Source: Pirellulales bacterium
GTDB taxonomy: Bacteria > Planctomycetota > Planctomycetia > Pirellulales > JAICIG01
Direction of reading: 5' to 3'
NCBI GenBank assembly: GCA_036379555.1
Contig: DASVGM010000002.1
Location: forward strand, 1-38,676
Length of the DNA: 38,676 bases
The notes under the pieces are model-generated. The model saw only the letters and a program-made list of their open reading frames with translations, searched no databases and was not told the DNA's origin. A program made the position numbers and the translations under genes. Shown here in pieces: positions 32,093 to 38,676 of this stretch (the stretch's first letter is position 1; every line of letters starts with the position of its first letter).

Positions 32093-33118
32093 TCAAGTGC
32101 GGCCTTCAACCACGATTCGCCAGTTCCCGGTCGGCAGTTCGTCCATGCCTATCCGCACGTTCAAAAAACGGCGGATGATGTCGGCGTTGGTTCTAAGGTG
32201 CGAGGAAGGCGGCAGCGTGACGTACTCGCCTCCGCCGGCCAGCGCCAATGGCAGCAACAATTGATCGGCCAGATGCTCGCCTACCGGCACGCCGGCGTCG
32301 AGGTAACGCTTGGCTTCGGCCGCCGCCTCGCCGGCGACTTTCTCGGCCGCCACGCCGCGCCGACCGAAGCCCGTGAAAACCTCGGTCACATGTTCGCTCT
32401 CAATTTCCAGGTTGACGACGTTACCGACGCCAACAAAACAGCCTTCGTCTTTCCGTAGTTCAAGGCATTCTTCCGGCCAGTCCAGGGCCGCCGCCACGGT
32501 GGCCAATTCGCGCCGGCCGATATGTTGAGGCAAGTTCGCCACGATGGCGCGGCACAAGCGGCGGCGAATTTCTCCACGTTCAACGAGCCGTAGCGGAGTG
32601 AGCGAACCGGTCGCAGCGATTTCGATATGAACCTTTCCGCCGCCCGCCGGATAAAAGCCGAATCGCTCAACGTCAAACGAGACCTTCGCGCCCATGCGGT
32701 TCAGCAGAGGCAAGAAAGCCTGTTGCAAAAAGTCCGCCGGCGGTGCGAACGGATTATGCGTGCCGCCGGTCAATTCGATGGTCGAGTGGCCTTCCGCCAG
32801 CAAGAGCGGCGGCAAGATGGTTTGCAGAACAAGCGTGGTGCTGCCCGCGGAACCAATATCGAAGTGGTAGCGGCCGGGCCGCGCCGCTTGGGGCTGAAAC
32901 TCCAACTCGCGCGAACCGACTTCGTCGCCGGTGAGTTTGCCGCCGCTGATGTCGGCGGCCGCGCGCACGGCCACCAGGTGTTGCCGCCGCAGGCCCGGCT
33001 TATCACGCTTGGCCCGAATGCGTTCGATACGCAACGGCTGGTTGGTGATGATGGCCAAGGCGAGAGACGTGCGCAAGATTTGGCCGCCGCCCTCGCCTTG
33101 CGATCCATCGATGACCAT
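32093..33118 (-). CDS. rtcA: RNA 3'-terminal phosphate cyclase
   Basis: MVIDGSQGEGGGQILRTSLALAIITNQPLRIERIRAKRDKPGLRRQHL and GEHLADQLLLPLALAGGG. ATG 33116-33118 shares one base with the upstream TGA (TGATG). Confidence 0.9.
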   Translation of the reverse strand: MVIDGSQGEGGGQILRTSLALAIITNQPLRIERIRAKRDKPGLRRQHLVAVRAAADISGGKLTGDEVGSRELEFQPQAARPGRYHFDIGSAGSTTLVLQTILPPLLLAEGHSTIELTGGTHNPFAPPADFLQQAFLPLLNRMGAKVSFDVERFGFYPAGGGKVHIEIAATGSLTPLRLVERGEIRRRLCRAIVANLPQHIGRRELATVAAALDWPEECLELRKDEGCFVGVGNVVNLEIESEHVTEVFTGFGRRGVAAEKVAGEAAAEAKRYLDAGVPVGEHLADQLLLPLALAGGGEYVTLPPSSHLRTNADIIRRFLNVRIGMDELPTGNWRIVVEGRT

Positions 33119-34014
33119 CACACGTTCCAAGTGTAAATCTCTTCCGGCAGCGGCTCAAAGATGTTGGCATCGGCAATGTTCGGCAAGTGGGCCAGCGAGC
33201 GAAACTCCGAAGAAATGGCCACGTAATCGTCGGTTTCGGCCACGACGGCGGGTTTGCAGGCGAACGCGTCGCGAACCAGCGTCAGGTTATCGGCCGTGGC
33301 GATTAAGAGCGTGTAAAAGCCGTCCAGCTCGGCAAAGGCCGCTTCCAACGCCTGGTGAGTTGAATCGCCCAAACGCAACCGCCACTCGATAAAGCGGCAG
33401 GCCGCCTCGGTGTCGTTGTCGGTTTCAAACGTCAGGCCCTGCGCTTCGAGCTTGCGGCGCAGCATGTAAGGATTGGAGAGCGAGCCATTGTGAACCAGGC
33501 AAAAGTCTTCGCCCGCCGTGAAAGGATGGGCGTGCGCCGGCGAAACGGCCGATTCCGTGGCCATCCGCGTGTGGCCCACGCAATGGCTGCCCGACAGTTT
33601 GGAGAAACTATAGCGATCGGCAATTTCGCAGGGGTGGCCTTCGTCTTTGTAGACGTCGATCGAATGGCCGACCGACAGCAGGTGCAGCGCGGCGTCATAG
33701 GCGGCCAGCCATCTCTTGGTTTCAGCGGCAGCGGCCGCGGCGGTGAGGATGGCGTGTTTTTGCAAAGGCTCAAGGCGGGCCTGCCGGTCGCATTGTTCTC
33801 GGAAGCGATCGCCCAGCGCCTGCCAGTCGTAGTTGCGATCGCTCGTGTACAGATTGAATCGACGCAGGGCCGCCGCCGGCGCCGGTTGAAACACCGCCAG
33901 ACCGGCTGAATCGGGTCCGCGGTCGCCCATGCAATTAAACATGGGCACCACCAGTTCGCCCAACGACGAAGAGGCCGCGCGGTCTTTCAGTAACAAGCCG
34001 ACGATGCCACACAT
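33118..34014 (-). CDS. Class II (Ntn-type) glutamine amidotransferase family protein
   Basis: ATG 34012-34014 gives MCGIVGLLLKD (catalytic Cys2). GHTRMATES, LVHNGSLSN and DTEAACRF are typical GATase-2 motifs. About 298 aa, stand-alone. Confidence 0.85.
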   Translation of the reverse strand: MCGIVGLLLKDRAASSSLGELVVPMFNCMGDRGPDSAGLAVFQPAPAAALRRFNLYTSDRNYDWQALGDRFREQCDRQARLEPLQKHAILTAAAAAAETKRWLAAYDAALHLLSVGHSIDVYKDEGHPCEIADRYSFSKLSGSHCVGHTRMATESAVSPAHAHPFTAGEDFCLVHNGSLSNPYMLRRKLEAQGLTFETDNDTEAACRFIEWRLRLGDSTHQALEAAFAELDGFYTLLIATADNLTLVRDAFACKPAVVAETDDYVAISSEFRSLAHLPNIADANIFEPLPEEIYTWNV

Positions 34015-34143
34015 GAACTCAACCTTCAAATCTGGATGCGGAAGCAAATGGCGCAAGTGCTTTGTCAGCACGGTACGGCTATTATATCGACGAATGTTTC
34101 GCGGTTGTAGCGGTTGGGTCTAGGCCGGATTATTCATCGGCCC

Positions 34144-34336
34144 GTAGCAGACTTCGTAAGAAGTCAGGCCGCGGCCGCCTTCTTGGAGTGCGGCGATTCA
34201 TCGCCGCCTTCATCCGTCGCGAAGCGACCTTCTCCCCAACTGCAATGACCGAATCGACCGATTCAAAACGCACCGAAATGAAGAGAAGGTCGCTCCGCGA
34301 CAACGGAAAGCGGCGATAAATCGCACGCACTCCAAG
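34144..34336. repeat. R3 hairpin plus inverted doublet of R2 elements in a divergent intergenic region
   Basis: gtagcagacttcgtaagaagtcagg (34144-34168). R2 plus copy at 34182-34229. R2 inverted copy at 34288-34336 (ggtcgctccgcgacaacggaaagcggcgataaatcgcacgcactccaag). Confidence 0.85.
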
Positions 34337-34437
34337 ACAGCATCTTGGCATGGCGTCTCCCTTCGATGAAAATAGAGGCACCCGCCCGCGACGTGAAAAC
34401 CCGCGCAATCGACCAGACCTGTTCCCGACCTGCCGCC

Positions 34438-36579
34438 ATGCAACACCGACGCTCGCTATTTTGTCACACCGCTGTTGGCTTTATCGTCATTGCGCTTTCG
34501 GCCGCCGCCAAGGCCGACCTGCCTGCGATGCGCCTCGATCGCATCGTCCCCTTGGGCGCGACGGCGGGAACGACCGTCGACGTACAGATTTCAGCCGCCG
34601 AGGCCGACGACGCGAAGCAACTGACATTCGACCATCCCGGCATCAAGTCTGAGTGGCTTGAGAAAGGGAAGTTCAAAGTCACGATCGCCGCGGACGTGCC
34701 CGCAGGCACCTACGATGTGCGATTGCTCGGTCCCTACGGCGTGAGCAATCCGCGGCTCTTCGCCGTATCGCACGGGCTGACCGACGTGGTGGAGAAGGAA
34801 CCGAACGACGTTCCCGCCGCCGCGCAAGTGCTGGCGATCAATTCGGCGGTGGCGGGCGCCAGCGATGGCAATGGCCGCGATCTTTATCGCTTTGCCGCCC
34901 GACAGGGGCAACGCCTGACGATCGACTGCCAATCGACCAAACTCGATGTCGCCGGGGACGCCTGCCTGAGTGTCGTTGCCGCGGATGGCGCCGTGCTGGC
35001 CGGCAGCGGTGATTATCACGGTCGCGACCCGTTGATTGATTTCGTCGCGCCGGCCGACGGCGAGTTTCTCATTGAAATGCACGACCTTTCGTATCGCGGC
35101 GGCTTTCCGTATCGCTTGATCGTGACCGATCGCCCTGATGTGGAGAATGTCTTCCCGCGCGCCGTCGAGCCCGGCAAGCCGGTCGAGCTGATCGCGCTGG
35201 GCCGAAATTTCGGCACCGCCGGCAAGCCATCAACCTGGAAGATCGACGAGTGTTCCCTGGACGAATTCCGCTTCAGCATCACGCCGCCCGGCCCCACTGA
35301 GGCGTTGGGCAGTTACCGCTTTATCGATCATCCGAGTGATCATTCGGTATTGCCCACGGCGGCCACCTGCACGCTCGCGGGTTTTCAACTGCGCGTACCG
35401 ATCGGCGGCGGCGCGAACCCGCCCGTCACGCTCATGTACGCCGATGGACCTGTGACGTTGGAGCGCGAACCAAACGACGCGCGCGAGCAACCGCAGCCCG
35501 TCACGCTGCAATTGACCCTAAGCGGGCGTTTTGACGTTCCGCGCGACGGCGATTGGTTCGAGTTCACTCCGGCGGAGCAAGGCCGCTACGGCATTCAGGT
35601 TTATTCGGAGCGGATTGCCGGGCAGGCCGATCCGTACGTGGTGGTGGTCGATGAAAAGGGAAACCGCTTGACGGAAATCGACGATTTTGGCCATCGCGTG
35701 AACGCCTTTGACGGCCATCTGCGCGATCCGGTCGGCGCGGTCGATCTGCAAGCAGGCGCGAAGTATCGCCTGCTGGTGCAAGACCGTTACGGTCGCGGCG
35801 GAGCGCGCTACCAGTATGTGTTGACGGTTCATCGCGCGCGGCCTGACTTTTACGTGGCGGCCATTGCCGCGACGAACCCCGCTCCTTCCGGCATGAACAT
35901 TTGGCGGGGCGGGGCGACGTGGTTCGATTTGATCGTTCACCGCGAGGACGGCTTCGACCAGCCGATTACGATCGCGGCCACGGGTCTGCCGCCCGGCATG
36001 CATGCGGCGGAGGTGAAAATTCCCAACGATATTCGCGGGTCACTCGTTTTGTGGGCCGACGCCGACGCGCCGGCGTGGAACGGCAGCATCCGATTGACGG
36101 CCACGGGCCAGCACGGCGACGCCACGCTGCGGCATGAAGTGCGGCCCTATACCCGTGTCTGGAACGACGGCGGCGTGCCCACCAGCCGGCCGATGCGCGA
36201 GTTGGCTGTGGCGATCGTTGAAAAAGCTCCTTATTCGTTACAGGCGATGCCCGATAATCCGACGGTGGAGATGAACGGCAAGCTGCAATTCAAGATTAAG
36301 GCCGAGCGGCTCTGGCCGGAATGCCAGGCGGCGATCAAGGTCATCGGTCTTGGCCTGCCGGGCGGGTTTCAATTTAGCGAGCGTGAAATCGCCAGCGGTC
36401 AGAACGAAGGCGTGTTTGAGTTGCAGGTGGGCAACATGCGTCCCGGCGAATACACGCTCACGCTGTTAGGGCAGTGCCAGGTGCCGATCAAGAAAAACGC
36501 GGACGCGCAAGCGGTCAATACGCTGGTGGCCATTCCTTGCCGGCAGATCACCGTGAAGGTGGTGGAAAAACCAAAGTAA
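34438..36579 (+). CDS. Secreted protein with PPC (pre-peptidase C-terminal)-type domains
   Basis: ATG 34438, MQHRRSLFCHTAVGFIVIALSAAAKA signal. Two EPND-type modules (EKEPNDVPAAAQVL...DLYRFAARQGQRLTI; EREPNDAREQPQPV...GDWFEFTPAEQGRYGI). Confidence 0.8.
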   Translation: MQHRRSLFCHTAVGFIVIALSAAAKADLPAMRLDRIVPLGATAGTTVDVQISAAEADDAKQLTFDHPGIKSEWLEKGKFKVTIAADVPAGTYDVRLLGPYGVSNPRLFAVSHGLTDVVEKEPNDVPAAAQVLAINSAVAGASDGNGRDLYRFAARQGQRLTIDCQSTKLDVAGDACLSVVAADGAVLAGSGDYHGRDPLIDFVAPADGEFLIEMHDLSYRGGFPYRLIVTDRPDVENVFPRAVEPGKPVELIALGRNFGTAGKPSTWKIDECSLDEFRFSITPPGPTEALGSYRFIDHPSDHSVLPTAATCTLAGFQLRVPIGGGANPPVTLMYADGPVTLEREPNDAREQPQPVTLQLTLSGRFDVPRDGDWFEFTPAEQGRYGIQVYSERIAGQADPYVVVVDEKGNRLTEIDDFGHRVNAFDGHLRDPVGAVDLQAGAKYRLLVQDRYGRGGARYQYVLTVHRARPDFYVAAIAATNPAPSGMNIWRGGATWFDLIVHREDGFDQPITIAATGLPPGMHAAEVKIPNDIRGSLVLWADADAPAWNGSIRLTATGQHGDATLRHEVRPYTRVWNDGGVPTSRPMRELAVAIVEKAPYSLQAMPDNPTVEMNGKLQFKIKAERLWPECQAAIKVIGLGLPGGFQFSEREIASGQNEGVFELQVGNMRPGEYTLTLLGQCQVPIKKNADAQAVNTLVAIPCRQITVKVVEKPK

Positions 36580-36585
36580 CACTTC

Positions 36586-36633
36586 CTTGGAGTGCGGCGA
36601 TTCATCGCCGCTTTCCTTTGTCGCGGAGCGACC
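36586..36633 (+). repeat. Single R2 element 7 nt after the stop of the PPC-domain gene
   Basis: cttggagtgcggcgattcatcgccgctttcctttgtcgcggagcgacc is nearly identical to 27174-27221. Confidence 0.85.
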
Positions 36634-36657
36634 TTTTCAAGAGCTATACTTGCCTGA

Positions 36658-36816
36658 ATGCGATCCTTGCGCGACGTCGCCTGGTATCTGTGGTGCCCCA
36701 AGTGCCACGCGATTTATTTCGTCGAAGAGGCCAAAGAAGCGATCGAGCCCCGCGCGGCCGATACGCCGCCACCAGAAGCCAAGCAGGAGCAAAGCGGTTG
36801 GCTGTTTGAGACGTGA
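36658..36816 (+). CDS. Possible small ORF (52 aa) with one CxxC
   Basis: MRSLRDVAWYLWCPKCHAIYFVEEAKEAIEPRAADTPPPEAKQEQSGWLFET. It is below the track length cut-off and is followed by hairpin ggaacagccgccctcggctgtttcc. No homology known to me. Confidence 0.25.
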   Translation: MRSLRDVAWYLWCPKCHAIYFVEEAKEAIEPRAADTPPPEAKQEQSGWLFET

Positions 36817-37049
36817 ACCAGTCTATTTGACAAGGTGGAACAGCCGCCCTCGGCTGTTTCCCCGTCATTGAGGGCGACCTCCAGACAGCCGCACCCGCAA
36901 GCAGGTGCGCGGGCTGTCCACGCTTCTGGCGGACGTCGCTTTCGTGGCCGAGTGAAGTTTGATTGCCTCGTGCGCCGCCGCCAATTAAACTATGGGAATC
37001 TTTGTTCGTCGAGGTGCTGTCAGAACGTAAAGCTTGGAAGCCGACAGGC

Positions 37050-37703
37050 ATGAGTCGTGATGAGTGGTTTCGCCGCAATACGTGGACCGAACGCGACCGC
37101 GAGGAGTTCAACACTCGTTTGAAACGCTCTCGCTCCAGCAAGGCGCAGTATCTCCGCATTCAAGCGTTCCACCTCGCTGAAGCGCACCACCACCGTGCGG
37201 CGATCGAACTGCTCGATCGGATCTTCGCGGATTTTCCCGAGCGCACTGAGATGGCCTGTGCGCACCTACAGAAAGCGAAATGTCTTGTCAGGCTCGGCCA
37301 AGACGACGCGGCGATCGAAGAATTTCGTGCTGCGTTACAAACCGAGCGTTCGTTCCCCAACAGTCGCACTTCGGCATGGCTCGGCTTTGGCTGCTTCATC
37401 GTCGAAAAGCGGCGAACCGAACTGTATGACGAAGTCGAGCGCGTCTTAAAGGAATTCAGCGCTGCCTGGCATCTGCCGCTACCTGTTGAGCGATACCGCT
37501 ACTTTGGAATCCGTGCGTATGTGGCGGCCGAGAAAGGAATGATGACAGAAGCGAGTGACTTCGCGAGGGAGGCGATTGCCGAGGCCGCCAAACAGCAATC
37601 AGGCCTGCGATATCATCCAAAGCTGGGGCTGGTCGAAAACGTCGATTCCCAGTTCGCGCGGGGGTTGGCGGCGTTGGCGGCTGAATCGGTGCGCGATTCA
37701 TGA
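37050..37703 (+). CDS. Hypothetical helical-repeat (TPR-like) protein
   Basis: ATG 37050, MSRDEWFRRNTWTERDREEFNTRLKRSRS... Helix-pair pattern (AHLQKAKCLVRLGQDDAAIEEFRAAL). Confidence 0.65.
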   Translation: MSRDEWFRRNTWTERDREEFNTRLKRSRSSKAQYLRIQAFHLAEAHHHRAAIELLDRIFADFPERTEMACAHLQKAKCLVRLGQDDAAIEEFRAALQTERSFPNSRTSAWLGFGCFIVEKRRTELYDEVERVLKEFSAAWHLPLPVERYRYFGIRAYVAAEKGMMTEASDFAREAIAEAAKQQSGLRYHPKLGLVENVDSQFARGLAALAAESVRDS

Positions 37704-37784
37704 CAAGCAATCGCAGCGATAAATGACTAGGGGCACGACCACATTGCAAATCACAGCTATAAACCAGAAATCAAAACTACGCCG

Positions 37785-38420
37785 ATGAGTAACCTCGTTC
37801 TGTTGGGCGACTCCATTTTCGACAACCACGCCTACGTGCATGGTGGTCCGGCGGTGATCGACCATGTCCGTCGCGGGCTGCCCATTGGTTGGCAAGCGAC
37901 ACTCTTGGCTCGTGACGGCGCCATGACGACCGGCGTTTCGCGCCAACTTGAACAGATGCCGCTCGACGGCAGCCATCTGGTTGTCAGCGCGGGCGGCAAC
38001 GACGTATTGGAGCACGCGAGCATGATTCTGTATGACGCCGCAGCATCCTTTAACGAGGTTATGTCCAAGTTGGCGAAAATACAATCCGACTTCAGGGCCA
38101 TGTACCGCGAGATGATCGAGGCTGTCGTCTCTCTTGGTAAACCAACTTTCGTCTGCACGGTTTACGATGCCATTCCCGGCTTGGAGCCGTCGCTGGTGGC
38201 GGCGCTGTCGCTTTTTAACGACGTGATTCTACGCGAGGCCATTCGCGCCGAACTGCCCGCGGTCGATTTGCGGCAGGCATGTACCGACCCGGCCGACTAT
38301 GCCGGAATCTGGCCCATCGAACCTTCCGCGACCGGAGGGGCGAAGATCGCGTCGGCAGTCCTTCGCGCGGTGGCAACGCCCTGGGCGGATCGGCGCGGTT
38401 GCCATGTCTTCCGGCGATGA
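37785..38420 (+). CDS. SGNH/GDSL-family hydrolase
   Basis: LVLLGDSIFDN (block I GDS) and VVSAGGNDV (block III). The expected block V DxxH is not obvious (WPIEPSATGG). Confidence 0.8.
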   Translation: MSNLVLLGDSIFDNHAYVHGGPAVIDHVRRGLPIGWQATLLARDGAMTTGVSRQLEQMPLDGSHLVVSAGGNDVLEHASMILYDAAASFNEVMSKLAKIQSDFRAMYREMIEAVVSLGKPTFVCTVYDAIPGLEPSLVAALSLFNDVILREAIRAELPAVDLRQACTDPADYAGIWPIEPSATGGAKIASAVLRAVATPWADRRGCHVFRR

Positions 38421-38676
38421 TGGCAACCACGGATGGCGCGGATGGGCACGGATCGAGAAGAGACGCTGGCGGGTCGGACGCCGCCCCAATCGCCCCCACG
38501 GAGGAAGCGAACCTGTTGGCCGCCGGGCTGTCCATACCAATATGGACCGACGACACGACGACCGAAAGACGCGCCAGCTTTGCAGTCAGGTGGCCGACAC
38601 GTTGAATTATGTTTTGAGCGGCGAGTGCGATGATGAATTGCTGCAAAACCTGCAAGTGATGAGCGTGGCGCCGGCC
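38417..38676 (+). CDS. Partial CDS (3' end outside window), possibly ribosome-binding factor A-like
   Basis: The frame is open from ATG 38417 (ATGA overlap with the SGNH stop) to the window end. RKTRQLCSQVADTLNYVLSGECDDELLQNLQVMSVAPA resembles the RbfA N-terminal pattern R..R....v...l..vL.....D..L....V..V. Alternative ATG at 38543. Confidence 0.4.

Overview
High-GC bacterial chromosomal window (spot counts about 64% GC in coding DNA). The gene content suggests a Planctomycetota-like genome, by inference only: a signal-peptide sulfatase with a HEAT tail, DUF4058, a PPC-domain secreted protein, a PDZ-bearing Lgt and dense palindromic intergenic repeats. I call about 30 protein genes, mostly on the minus strand. 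Housekeeping genes (purM, lgt, panC, a folK fusion, rtcA, a partial rbfA-like gene) are interleaved with accessory genes. The stand-out is an ORF that the supplied track omits because it has no stop inside the window. It runs on the minus strand from 6957 to 1 (2,319 codons, 3' end beyond the left edge). It fuses a polypeptide-GalNAc-transferase-like GT-A domain, through a Pro/Ala linker, to a canonical Rhs/YD polymorphic-toxin shell. The shell is punctuated by five poly-Ser tracts and ends in a DPxGL core and a low-GC C-terminal toxin tip. Divergently transcribed from it is an operon encoding a possible GT-A-like protein and two paralogous SAM methyltransferases. Together these form a candidate glyco/methyl-modifying polymorphic-toxin locus. 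The second theme is at least five families of structured palindromic repeats. These include two ~190-nt rod-like elements bracketing lgt that keep pairing through compensatory substitutions, REPIN-like inverted doublets, a 3'-end element reused after two genes, and one copy embedded in-frame in a gene. No rRNA, tRNA, CRISPR array, transposase or integrase was recognised. Many long ORFs in the track are antisense shadows typical of high-GC DNA and were rejected.
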